Shown here: positions 30,201-38,706 of the stretch, piece by piece
Layout: each line of letters begins with the position of its first letter
How positions within the stretch are numbered: the first letter of the stretch is position 1
IMG/VR virus record: IMGVR_UViG_3300028027_000054
Span: 1 to 64,000 of that record
Strand: one strand, 5' to 3'
DNA: 64,000 nucleotides
Origin: a virus
Made by a program: the position numbers and the translations under genes
Notes under the pieces: model-generated
Database searches by the model: none
What the model saw: only the letters and a program-made list of their open reading frames with translations
What the model was told of the DNA's origin: nothing

Positions 30201-33200
30201 TCGAGGCTCAGGGAGAGATCGGGGCATCTATCAAGCATTCACTTATGGTGGCCCAGGATATTTACAAGGCCCTGTTTCCGATCAGTTCTGGTAGTCATAT
30301 AGAAGCTGTTGTAGATAAATTGATGGCAAACCAGGGTAAGAGCAAAGAAGAGCTGGGAAAAGATAGTTACATCAGCCTTTATGACACTGTGTTCAATGGT
30401 ATCAAGGCTTACCTGTACACTATGCCTGGTTTGGAATTATTCCAGGACTCACGTGGCACCAGGGATAAGCTTGTCAACGGAGACACGTCTTTGGGTAAAC
30501 GTATCATGGATCTGAGTAAAGATCCAGAATACAGACGTAACGGGTTCCTTAAAAATCTGGAAGTAAAGCAGGCTCCCAAGCAGAAAGCTTTCACTGTAAA
30601 CTTCAAAGCTCCTTTTGGAACTGATCTGGACGAGAAAGCCATCATCAGCGGGTTCTATGAACTGGCCACTTCTGATAAAGAAGAGATCCGCCAGCTGGCC
30701 AAAGACCTGGCTATTTATCCTTTTGTTACAGGTGATGCCGGTAACATGGGTAGGTTTATTCCTGTTGACTATTATCTGAGTGACGAGGACTTTAGCCAGG
30801 TGATTGCTGCACTAGACAGCGTATACAGCATGAACATGGATGACCCAGGAGCTATGCAGGCACTGATGCAACAGATCGTGCAGAACAATCCTGACCAGTT
30901 TGCCAAGGCATTTAAGTATTCTACATATGGAAGCGTTACCGGTACAAAAGACAATGTATTTAAACGTGTAGTCAAAAAGCTTGTAGGAAAAGAAGAACTG
31001 AAAGATGTAACTACGTTTACCATTAAGATTGGTGACTTTGAAGCTGATCCTAAAGGAAAGAACATAGCAAACTCTCTGAAGGTTCCTCTGTCAAACGATG
31101 AGTCAAAATCTCTTAAGCAACAAGGTAAGACAGTAAATTTTAAATATCCTCCGTATATCCTGATCAACGATACGTTTACCAGTGAGTTTATAGAAGCGGG
31201 TAGCCGTAACGTGAACTATCTGTACAAGAGGGTTAGCTTTGCGGGAAATCCGGTTGGTACCTATGAGCGGATTAATATCCTGGGATACAACGGTATCAAA
31301 GAGTATGACTTTAACAACCCAGATCTGGCATCATCCATAGAAGGTAATAATAACGTAGAGGATGACACAGCGTTTCAGGAAACCGTTCCGCCTGCAGCTC
31401 CTGTACAGGAACAAGTTACTTCTACTGGTAGTAAAACTTATACAGGTAAGATAGAAAGCTTGCAACCTAACCAGGTGTTTGTGTTTGGGTCAAATCCTGA
31501 AGGTAGACACGGTGCAGGTGCAGCAAAAACTGCAGCTGATAAGTTTGGTGCAGTTAATAATCTTGGTCGTGGTTTACAAGGACAGTCTTATGCACTGGTA
31601 ACCAAGAACCTTAAACCTGGTTTTACAGAATCAAGCACTGGGATCACTTATGAGAAAGCCGGTGAAAGAAGTGTTAGTCCGGAACAAGTTAAGGCTAACA
31701 TTCAGGAGCTTTATGAAACAGCTAAGCGTAATCCGGATAAAGAGTTTATTGTAGCTTATTCAGCTACAGGTAAAAATCTGAATGGATACAGTGCACAAGA
31801 AATGGCTGATATGTTCTCTTCTGCAGAGATACCATCTAACATGGTATTTGAAGAAGGGTTTAGTAAGTTGTTAAATAAGCAGGAGGCTCCTGTTACTCAA
31901 GGTGTAGAGATCTCTTCTAACTCAAAAGGTCTGGCAGCAGCTCTTACTAATCCTACAGAGCTGGCTAAGCAGAAAGGTAATTTGACTCAGTCTTATCCTG
32001 TTACGTTTGATGGGGTTACTTATAAAGACGCAGAAGAAGCTTACCAGAAGAACAAGGGTAAGTATAAACCTGAAGGTCTTGGTAAGGGATCTACATATGA
32101 TCTGATGGTACAGATCCTGGAAGCTAAGCTTAAGCAACATCCTCGTTTGACAGAAGAGATCACTAAAGCTGGAGGCATGAATTGGTTGTCTAAAGCTACT
32201 CATCAGCCAACTGGTAAGAATACGGTATGGGAAACTGGTGGGCAGAACCTGTTTATCAATGCTTTACAGGAAGCTTACTATGGTGTAACTGAAGATGCTG
32301 CAATCTTAGCAGAGCAAAACGAGGAGCAGGAAGTTATTAAAGCACCGCAAGAGGACCAGGAATCAGTCACCATGGTAACGTATGGTGGTAGAAACTTTAT
32401 CCTGGAAGAAAATGCAGGTAGTTTTGATGTTTTCTATGCTAATGATAATGGAACTAAGGGTGTTCCTGTAGAAGACAGGGGGCTGTTTAAAAAAGTACAG
32501 CTCACACACGCTATTTCACTTTACCCTGAAAGAGTGGTTTCTATAACAATCGGTTCTAAAGAGAACAGTTACTATGTTATTGATGATAGGATTTTCTCTC
32601 TACAACCAAGCTCTTTTGGTGACCTGATCACATCTGATGATGTCACACGCCGTGTGATGCAGCAGATGAACACACCAATGCAGGAAAAGCAGGTTGAGCA
32701 GCAAGAACCTAAGAAGTCTACTACAACGTTTACATATAAGAATATCACTGTACCTACAGAGTTTCAGCTGAGTGCAGAACAAAGCAAGGCTCTGGAAAAC
32801 ATCATTGACTTTGTAGAAGCAAGATCTGCAGGAGAAGGAACTTATGACGGCACCTATACATTAGAAGGCTATGCCGGTACTGGTAAGACATCCATCATTG
32901 GTGTTCTGGACCGGTATATCTCTCAGAAAGCCAAGGGTACTAAGTTTGTTTACATGGCACCTACCCATGCGGCTACTGTTGCCTTGGGTAATAACATTGT
33001 GAAGTATGGTGCCAGGGAACTGCCTATGACTATACAGGCATCAGTAACAGAATCTAAGGATCCGAGAAGACCCGGACCTAAGTTTACCAAGAAGTTTACT
33101 GACAGGGCTACTGGTATGAGGAATGTCATCGTTTTGGATGAGGCTTCTATGTTGGCCAACAAAGACTTTGAGAAGCTTATTCTTGCTGCTAAAGCAGAAG

Positions 33201-35221
33201 GTTATAAGATCATATTCATGGGAGATCCCAAGCAGATCCCTGAGGTAATGCCAGGTGTAAAAACCAAAGAGCTTGCCAGGGCATTTGCTAATCCTAACAA
33301 GTCAGTACTTACCAGTGTATTCAGAACCAAGGACAACAACATCCTGACCGTGCTGACCAACATCCGTAACAACACGGACTTTATGGAGTATGAGTTTGAG
33401 AGTACAGACAACATGAAGCAGCTCAATCGTTCTGCTTATAATGAAGAGCTGATCAATGATCTTCAGAATAACCTGGAAGACGTCACCATTATTAACTACA
33501 CCAATGATGGGGTTGCCAAGATCAACAAGGCTGCCCGTCAGGTGTTGGGGTATAGCGGACCGTTGAAACCCGGAGAGAAGATCGTTGGGTACCTGGGTTC
33601 CCAGACTAAGCAGGTAGAAAAAGGACATCTGGCTAACTCGGTGAGCTACATGGTCCAGGACGTCTCTGTAAGGGATGATGGAGCTGTAGTCATTACAGCT
33701 ACATCTAAAGCCCTGGAAGATCTGCAGAAAGCAGGTATGACAGGTTTTCCTTCCCAGGTCTCTTTCAGATACTTACAACTCTCTGTTAATGATTCTTTAG
33801 ACTTTGGTTTGAACCAGGCCCAACTTGACAATAACAAGAAGGAGCTTGAGCGTTCCTTAAAACAGATTCATGAGCTTAATGAACTGTACCAAAGAAAAGG
33901 GATTGCTTATCCGACTTACCTGGTACAGGTACAAGCTATTCGTACAGCAATGGCTGACTTCAACACAGGAGCCAAGTATATTTATAATCCGGCATCAGGT
34001 CAGATAGAACCATATGATTCCAGGAAACATAAAGGCATCAATGCCAACCTTGAGATGGACAAGGGTGTGGACTTTGGATATGGCATCACGGTACACAAGT
34101 CACAGGGTATGACCATTCCTATTGTGTATTTTGACACTAACAGTCTTAGTGTAGTGTCTGACACAGCCATCACCAGGGATGGGCAGAAGTTCAATACAGA
34201 AAAGAATGCCCTGTACTATGTGGGTATGTCCCGTGCCTCTCAAAAACTGGTGGTTCCCAAGAACACCGTAGCAGCACCGATAGCCAGTCAGTCTGACTTT
34301 ATGGATGGGTTCTCTGCTAGTCCTGAGTTTCAGATGGAGGACTTTAATCCACTGGAACTGTTCTTAGGTTTCCAGCAGGATGAAGCTATAGATAACTTTG
34401 TAGCTGAACTGTTTGGTAAAGAAACCACAGTGACTGACTATAAAGGGTTCTTGAATAAACTCTTCAAGGCAACATCTGCCGTTAACAAAGCCCTGATCAC
34501 AGCTATCAGTAAAACAGGTACGGTGGAACCGGTGACATTTAAGATAGACATGTCTCAGCCTGATCCGGGTACGTACAACAGAGCTACCAGGACTATTACG
34601 ATTAATCCAAAGGCAGCTATTGCTGATGCAGTGGACATAGAAGACATGCAAGCTAAGATCCATGAGGTGATCATGCATGAGCTGGTGCACCACGTGACCG
34701 TGGATCTGCTACTGGCAGACCAGGCTACGCTGAGTCCTGAGCAACGCAAGTGGGTCAAGGGTATTAACAACCTCTTTGACCAGGTGCAAACCAAGATGCT
34801 GGAAGATCCTCAACACTCTTCAGCTTTGCTGATGGCCATGGCCAACATGAGTTCTGAAGGGTTCATGTCAGCTAAAGATAAGAGTCTGTACTACGGACTG
34901 ACCAGCGTATATGACTTTGTTACCATGATGATGACAGACAAAGGTTTCCAGAACTTTATGAACACTGTACCGGTACAGGGAAACAAAACGATCCTTGACA
35001 GGTTTATGGATTTGTTGGTTAGTCTGATCAAGTCTCTGGGTATCCAGGTAAAAGATAACTCAGCCCTGGATGAAGGTCTTAGAAATATCATTGGCCTGAT
35101 GGGTGCCCGTACGGAGAACAATGTACAGAAGTCTATTGCCACTGAGTCTGCAAACCGGGACTACATAGAGAAAAACTTTGATAGAATTATTAACGTGCTC
35201 AACATTAAAACCAAGTGCTAA
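24284..35221 (+). CDS. virion-packaged two-barrel RNA polymerase fused to macro-like, NADAR-like, SF1B helicase and zincin domains
   Basis: 3645 aa. RIPNQ..GSDFDVDK (DFDVD at 28916-28930), the crAss-type DFDxD catalytic loop. FVFGSNPEGRHGAGAA. YPVTFDGVTYKDAEEAYQ..K. GYAGTGKT / DEASM / GDPKQ / TVHKSQG / YVGMSRA. HELVH at 34676-34690. Confidence 0.88.
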   Translation: MICPNITSPEWKALVAKVGENRAWKEFLIYGKTPSADNYEIIDAAAVKDNTGKASEVLEFRAFQSFKEYEEFLEVKRDFTNDFASAYLKHSAAIDFVDRIFDKVFPGEMTWGNYIIDPKTGQTKFIVDNEPLAGMTAEELNKMVRAKFNTWFKANLKRELDTETINLNGKEINIKNPSTTEERVARTIFDLFATFKPAVENYVFSKEGLEADVINDLSVKYKVVVYNPDNDEDKQVFRSIRTKSTEQIAAGISKDLIRSQKDLKYTSHIMASVINTLGDIAPNRKLEVSPAQAFNTVKGIYAEVADNLKMALNGIVGSDQDLAEVKASASYNDILNEFPVLAYVNSYDDMVSAAETYDTIVSNFDKYKESVVAELARKGIRMGKNTIQMVDPADVAVQEVDDAENTEISQDEIGDRYDRSVFETNPRDTASVRVKALVQTIKTGEYELGIPVYADPNDVFADILQAGSEMALTGFTDASGKFQAFKFAIIKRAEARPYLNDFLTKLNRFEQNNEWEKINDILTFATKAFANETLLLYKTRKDGNQVTGITDVKVINANRDTVEDQVSREWLESHKQSAFFNRSSLNELKVNPEKLQRLGKIIEEGKAAVGPAKTAKFKEFFATLGIEFTDAELAYITPRLSKALGKGPDFDIVFGKKNLLDNIYTSFTKNASQVFDDNYGFQDEKGNMRKLATLYYEANPGRYKLASAQTADGKQKYLYILTNFIEKKKRQWNLGQYANVTNSALARPNRSFWDKVKSGVNSFIPQYFNGIREQQAGKDGKVRKSLTEKEQTVTMLLKHQENLNVATYINFTLSDKTTTIETKMTKEFFVDGNDQPLGKGRDYIVNEKGELQFTSGLGQRAYDAFVAPEVSRILAAIKHGKDINLENFDIASKLFYFIPSLNSNPNLEEFRSDLYAGQLTIDQLNAKHGTAVGQAVLEDMQQSAEQQIDQFIANGILKVENGAYSFPTSINGFKNTDYVNRLRQSGVKGRDAARLMLLDMKLNYQNTQVKMIQFLRFDPALAFKKFKGFTNPGTFTDISAADRINLVSTTWDEFSKRAAALIAPGSQGSYSWKTKDGETYSSPSYEAVTAADVDYKIGETDNTTTDAQEYITLNEHIDNLMSEGKIPLEIWQSIYDKIEKAGPGGYYELSGEELGYVFTPTKPVQVNDVDEGSAEAGLNRIDYVKSSRYPLIPQHEAGSERDKMRGWMERNNIRAINFASGKKLGRPVRSVTLFNENGSEFIEPSANDTAAARQTLSREGLRTQQEIPHQKDQIRTVSQMNRTLFDNMLEESFSLKGIQKISGTEAKGLKELVRSRLFEKQAEKLQQELGDLNRSHRGLHRLLKDVILNDTTGSYGENDLKSIELDEKTGKFKLPLEQQFKLKKFQGLINSLINKNVMLKVEGSSFVQVSGVGAKFNFSNLSKGVKSGIIWTDSYAKNFKDGDVKLNYIRKEGDQVKPAQVIVSQYLRDKEGNLIDLSQYITEKNGVKILDTSKFSPEMFELVGTRIPNQSHPSMLPIEVVGFLPAYMENTIIVPDGITGQMGSDFDVDKLYAYISKMEQKEDKFVPVQYELNSTEDVDKLSEEQLGQLYRDIHWMALTHPAAYDKITKSIDMPEVKRKVAEREAELKKYGIADDKGVMLPLDFMTSINRFNDNRSGKVGVGVFANLISAQADFQDKVLRLGMMQDDVAKEKPIKIRLSKNGKVVDLLYLGKPGTSKSFVGKTRTISENLNIMFTESVDNAKNQYLREFNWEEKAMSAIGVFEMLTDENGNAAPIEFVMDLTSQEAIKELFTSIDQKQDSFGEFDSSALDTATLELQFKYANALVTGGYFSSIAEAQEYLVDENRDQALDPETLDDMWLVGKAIKLQEEQKQEALEKIAKDKGYTSVRDLMLKYTTVQHDSLELFKRMEDIGRELNTILGSVYTYTKGIGPNVFATRQKLTQLNKLSGSTNFLGLTNVAGVIKRNDSTGKIEIEAQGEIGASIKHSLMVAQDIYKALFPISSGSHIEAVVDKLMANQGKSKEELGKDSYISLYDTVFNGIKAYLYTMPGLELFQDSRGTRDKLVNGDTSLGKRIMDLSKDPEYRRNGFLKNLEVKQAPKQKAFTVNFKAPFGTDLDEKAIISGFYELATSDKEEIRQLAKDLAIYPFVTGDAGNMGRFIPVDYYLSDEDFSQVIAALDSVYSMNMDDPGAMQALMQQIVQNNPDQFAKAFKYSTYGSVTGTKDNVFKRVVKKLVGKEELKDVTTFTIKIGDFEADPKGKNIANSLKVPLSNDESKSLKQQGKTVNFKYPPYILINDTFTSEFIEAGSRNVNYLYKRVSFAGNPVGTYERINILGYNGIKEYDFNNPDLASSIEGNNNVEDDTAFQETVPPAAPVQEQVTSTGSKTYTGKIESLQPNQVFVFGSNPEGRHGAGAAKTAADKFGAVNNLGRGLQGQSYALVTKNLKPGFTESSTGITYEKAGERSVSPEQVKANIQELYETAKRNPDKEFIVAYSATGKNLNGYSAQEMADMFSSAEIPSNMVFEEGFSKLLNKQEAPVTQGVEISSNSKGLAAALTNPTELAKQKGNLTQSYPVTFDGVTYKDAEEAYQKNKGKYKPEGLGKGSTYDLMVQILEAKLKQHPRLTEEITKAGGMNWLSKATHQPTGKNTVWETGGQNLFINALQEAYYGVTEDAAILAEQNEEQEVIKAPQEDQESVTMVTYGGRNFILEENAGSFDVFYANDNGTKGVPVEDRGLFKKVQLTHAISLYPERVVSITIGSKENSYYVIDDRIFSLQPSSFGDLITSDDVTRRVMQQMNTPMQEKQVEQQEPKKSTTTFTYKNITVPTEFQLSAEQSKALENIIDFVEARSAGEGTYDGTYTLEGYAGTGKTSIIGVLDRYISQKAKGTKFVYMAPTHAATVALGNNIVKYGARELPMTIQASVTESKDPRRPGPKFTKKFTDRATGMRNVIVLDEASMLANKDFEKLILAAKAEGYKIIFMGDPKQIPEVMPGVKTKELARAFANPNKSVLTSVFRTKDNNILTVLTNIRNNTDFMEYEFESTDNMKQLNRSAYNEELINDLQNNLEDVTIINYTNDGVAKINKAARQVLGYSGPLKPGEKIVGYLGSQTKQVEKGHLANSVSYMVQDVSVRDDGAVVITATSKALEDLQKAGMTGFPSQVSFRYLQLSVNDSLDFGLNQAQLDNNKKELERSLKQIHELNELYQRKGIAYPTYLVQVQAIRTAMADFNTGAKYIYNPASGQIEPYDSRKHKGINANLEMDKGVDFGYGITVHKSQGMTIPIVYFDTNSLSVVSDTAITRDGQKFNTEKNALYYVGMSRASQKLVVPKNTVAAPIASQSDFMDGFSASPEFQMEDFNPLELFLGFQQDEAIDNFVAELFGKETTVTDYKGFLNKLFKATSAVNKALITAISKTGTVEPVTFKIDMSQPDPGTYNRATRTITINPKAAIADAVDIEDMQAKIHEVIMHELVHHVTVDLLLADQATLSPEQRKWVKGINNLFDQVQTKMLEDPQHSSALLMAMANMSSEGFMSAKDKSLYYGLTSVYDFVTMMMTDKGFQNFMNTVPVQGNKTILDRFMDLLVSLIKSLGIQVKDNSALDEGLRNIIGLMGARTENNVQKSIATESANRDYIEKNFDRIINVLNIKTKC

Positions 35222-38200
35222 TGGCTTGTAAATACACCTATAACGGAAAAGAGTATACAAAAGAACAACTGGTATCAGGAATAGCTACAGGCTTGTTCCG
35301 GGAAAACCCCGTGGAAATATTCAAGTCAGTAGCCACGCAGAAAAAGCAGAAGCAGTCTGACATTGTACGGGATACGCTGACGGTGTTGTACCAAAGAAAG
35401 AAACAGGCGGAAGACGTTATACAGGCAATCAAGAACAGTAAGGAGCCCAAGGATGTCAAGCTGAAGAAAAGAGCTTATTATAATGGGATCATCAGCCGTA
35501 CTAGTGATTCTATCAAAGAGCTCTTAGAAACAGATACAGATAAGCAATTAGACTACATATTGGACCTGGCCCGTATAGATGCTGAACTGGTCAGGGCTAT
35601 GTACACGTCCAAGAGTATGACCTTTAATGAGCTGCAGTTTGCCAACACCATAGTAGAAACATGGTCGAATCTTCCTGAAGCTTTGGGTATAGTTGATATT
35701 TACGATGCTAAAGTAGATCCTGAGCTTACCAAGCAGCTGGAACAAAACGAGGTGGAGTATGCCCTTCTTAGCAGACGCTCACATGCCATGGCTGTAGAGC
35801 TGATCAAGAAAGCATCTAAGGGAAAACTGTCAGAGGATGACATTACCAAATTGGTTGACACTACATTCTTAACTGAATACACCAGGGAACTGTCCACTGC
35901 AGGTATTCCTATCTCCAACCACCTGGCATACATCATGAAGGAGGTTAACCTTAGAATCAACAAGGAGCATAATAAGAACTATGACCTGATTGACAGGATG
36001 ACTCAGGGGATTAAAGACTTCAGCATCTTTATTAAGAAACAAAAGAATAAGGACGGGGTAGAAACCCTGGGTTTAGTGACCCGTTATTCTCAGAAGTTCT
36101 GGGAAACCCGCAGGTCCGTTAACCGTAAACTCCGTAAAGATCTTAAAGAAGCTGCTGGAGATAAAGCCAAGACTTCTCTGGCCTGGAGAACCTATCATAC
36201 CTGGAATGAATCTAATACCATTGCTTTCAATGCCCTGTTGTTTATCAACCGCAATAACTATACAGACCAGCAGAGAGACGCAGAGATCACCAGGATGAGA
36301 AACCTGGGCTTTAACCAATTGGAGGTTGATGATATCATCGTTGAATCTTTTAAACGCTATGAAAGGTTTCAGAACCGTTTAGAAGAGTATGAGCATGAGA
36401 TCATGACTGAGGCAGCGGAAGATCCGTCTATTATTCCCCAGGCTATGACTTATGATGAGTTTGTAAAAAGCAAGGTGGAAGAGTTTGAGGAGATGAACAA
36501 TCCACTGAAGTACATGGACCAAAAGTTCTCTGGTGCAAAGATTACTTCTTATGGTGGAGCAAACTATACCTATTTGATCCCGGTAAAAGCACTGGGCGGA
36601 AAAGACAGCGGGTACTATGATGCCAACTTTACCAAGATTGCAGCAGATCCAAAACTGTATGAGTTTTATACCTGGTATACGAAGTTCATATCTGACAACC
36701 TGAGCTGGTTGCCACAAGAAGAGATTGAAGACCTGGGTAGTAACTTCTTACCGGTTATCGCAGACAGGCTCGCTAAAGAATATGGTTTTACAAGCCTGAA
36801 GGAATCTGTTAACGGACTGGGTGACTGGTTCGTAAAAGCTCTTAGTAACAACGGTTTTGAAGAAAAGACAACGGTGAATCCGTTCAGCCGTAAGGAACTG
36901 CGGGATTTCAAGAGCAGATTCATTAATGAAGCAGTGGCTGTAGAAGAAAGATCCACTGACCTGGGTTTGATTGCCAAGCTATTTAGTGACATGGCATTGG
37001 TTTACAAGCATAAGAACACGGTAAAAGCAGAAGTAGATACGATCAATGACATGATCCAGAACACTAAAGGATCTTATAAGTTTGACAAGAAGCTCAACAC
37101 ACTAATCCGCCAGGATAAAGATGCCAAGAGTATCCAGTCTTTGGCTGACTGGACAGTGAGAAAGGGATTCTATGGACTTAAGTCTGAAGATCCACTGTGG
37201 CAAAGTGACGAGCTTTTCTATGACTGGAAAGAACTCATTCCTCTGATGGGTTATAAGTCTGCCAAAGCTAAAGAAGCCCAGGCACTTAGTGAGGATATAA
37301 CTAAACTTAATAAAGCTTTAGAAGAAAACCTTAACCTTTCTGATGAAGATCGTCAGAAGATTGTAGACGCCAGGAATGCTAAGATTGAGCAGTACTACAA
37401 GCTTGGTGGCAGAAGATTCTCGTTAACAAAAGCTATAGATAGTGGTATCAACAATACACGTCTCACTGCATTAGGATTTGCTCCTTTCTCAGCTGTACGA
37501 AACTTAGTGGTTGGAAAGATCAATAATTATATGCATAGTGCAGGTGGCAGAGACTATACAAAAAAAGAGCAGAGGTGGGCAAACAAACTGCTGACTCAAA
37601 CCGTAGCCAGGTATTGGAGCGGAGGTAAGTTTGAATCTTCTACGACACGTAAGATTGCCGGACTGTTAAGTGATTCTGGTATGGTGGAAGGAGATGATGG
37701 AATGTATATGAGAACCATAGCAGATAAGAAGACTCCCCTGAATAAGCTCAGAGAGATGATTCCCAAAGCTTACACCTGGCTCAGTGGTGGTGACTATCAT
37801 TTCAAGGCTGAGATGATGCTTTCTGCTATGAAGTTTGAAAAGGTTAAGACCAGTAAAGGAGAGATGTCTTTTTGGGATGTACTCAATGAAGAGCGTGAAT
37901 ATAACGAGGCTGAATACGGTCCCTGGGATGCAGCTGCAAATGGAGGTTTAAACTTTGAGGATTTCTATAATAAGAAGATGCTCAAGTACCGTCAGCTGGC
38001 CAACAAACTCCATGGTGCTACCGGTAAAGACGTGTTTGTAAAAGGTAAAGACAACGCTATTGGTCGTTTGTTATTCATGTTTAAATCCTGGTTACCTGAA
38101 ACGGTTGGTGTAAGGTTTGATCCCCGTCACAAAGATGCTTTGCTGGAACGTGATGAAGAGGGTTATTACAGAACCTTTGGTCGTATGGTATGGGACAAGA

Positions 38201-38670
38201 AAGCAAGCGTTATCAAAATGATGTTCAACGCTATGTTAGGAAGAGATGTGGGTTTACAAGACGAGATGGAGTTGGCTAACTTTAAAAAAGCTGTTAAAGA
38301 AATCCAGGTGCTCACTACACTGTGGATGAGTTATCTACTGCTGAGAGCTATGGCTCCGGATGATGATAAGGACAAGAAGATCTACAACTTGCTTTTACTG
38401 CGTCAGCTACATGACCTGAATCGTGATATGACTTATTATATTAATATTAACTCAGTGTCTGAACTGCAGCGGGAAGCTTTTCCCATTATCAGGACCATGA
38501 GAAACTGGGGAGATGCTGGTAAAGCGGTAGCTTACTATGGCCTGGGAGTAGAAAATGATGAGGGAGAACTGGAGTATGATGCTCAACGGACAGCTCTTAA
38601 AGTGACCAAGGTGTTACCGGTGTTAAGTAATGTCAACCGGGTAATATACTACGCTAAACAAGTAGATTAA
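35221..38670 (+). CDS. large virion cargo protein (last of the ejection block)
   Basis: 1149 aa from ATG 35221 (TAATG overlap with the RNAP stop). Helical, with GRLLFMFKSWLP in the C-terminal region. Single Cys at residue 3. Confidence 0.6.
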   Translation: MACKYTYNGKEYTKEQLVSGIATGLFRENPVEIFKSVATQKKQKQSDIVRDTLTVLYQRKKQAEDVIQAIKNSKEPKDVKLKKRAYYNGIISRTSDSIKELLETDTDKQLDYILDLARIDAELVRAMYTSKSMTFNELQFANTIVETWSNLPEALGIVDIYDAKVDPELTKQLEQNEVEYALLSRRSHAMAVELIKKASKGKLSEDDITKLVDTTFLTEYTRELSTAGIPISNHLAYIMKEVNLRINKEHNKNYDLIDRMTQGIKDFSIFIKKQKNKDGVETLGLVTRYSQKFWETRRSVNRKLRKDLKEAAGDKAKTSLAWRTYHTWNESNTIAFNALLFINRNNYTDQQRDAEITRMRNLGFNQLEVDDIIVESFKRYERFQNRLEEYEHEIMTEAAEDPSIIPQAMTYDEFVKSKVEEFEEMNNPLKYMDQKFSGAKITSYGGANYTYLIPVKALGGKDSGYYDANFTKIAADPKLYEFYTWYTKFISDNLSWLPQEEIEDLGSNFLPVIADRLAKEYGFTSLKESVNGLGDWFVKALSNNGFEEKTTVNPFSRKELRDFKSRFINEAVAVEERSTDLGLIAKLFSDMALVYKHKNTVKAEVDTINDMIQNTKGSYKFDKKLNTLIRQDKDAKSIQSLADWTVRKGFYGLKSEDPLWQSDELFYDWKELIPLMGYKSAKAKEAQALSEDITKLNKALEENLNLSDEDRQKIVDARNAKIEQYYKLGGRRFSLTKAIDSGINNTRLTALGFAPFSAVRNLVVGKINNYMHSAGGRDYTKKEQRWANKLLTQTVARYWSGGKFESSTTRKIAGLLSDSGMVEGDDGMYMRTIADKKTPLNKLREMIPKAYTWLSGGDYHFKAEMMLSAMKFEKVKTSKGEMSFWDVLNEEREYNEAEYGPWDAAANGGLNFEDFYNKKMLKYRQLANKLHGATGKDVFVKGKDNAIGRLLFMFKSWLPETVGVRFDPRHKDALLERDEEGYYRTFGRMVWDKKASVIKMMFNAMLGRDVGLQDEMELANFKKAVKEIQVLTTLWMSYLLLRAMAPDDDKDKKIYNLLLLRQLHDLNRDMTYYININSVSELQREAFPIIRTMRNWGDAGKAVAYYGLGVENDEGELEYDAQRTALKVTKVLPVLSNVNRVIYYAKQVD

Positions 38671-38706
38671 AAAAAGGGGTAGCTAATCACTACCCCTTCT
38701 CTTTTT
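38671..38706. terminator. bidirectional intrinsic terminator between convergent blocks
   Basis: Stem AAGGGGTAG / CTACCCCTT with a 7-nt loop, an A-run on the left and a T-rich run on the right. Confidence 0.8.

Noticed and set aside
24200-35240. Terminal cysteines as split-intein or Hint splice sites
   Set aside because: No Hint-like blocks or His-Asn ends are visible, and the Cys are at position 3 or at the extreme C-terminus.
1361-36992. Numerous short antisense or alternate-frame ORFs in the track (for example 8119..8736 - and 28853..29338 -)
   Set aside because: They are shadows of long coding genes and have no motifs or initiation context.
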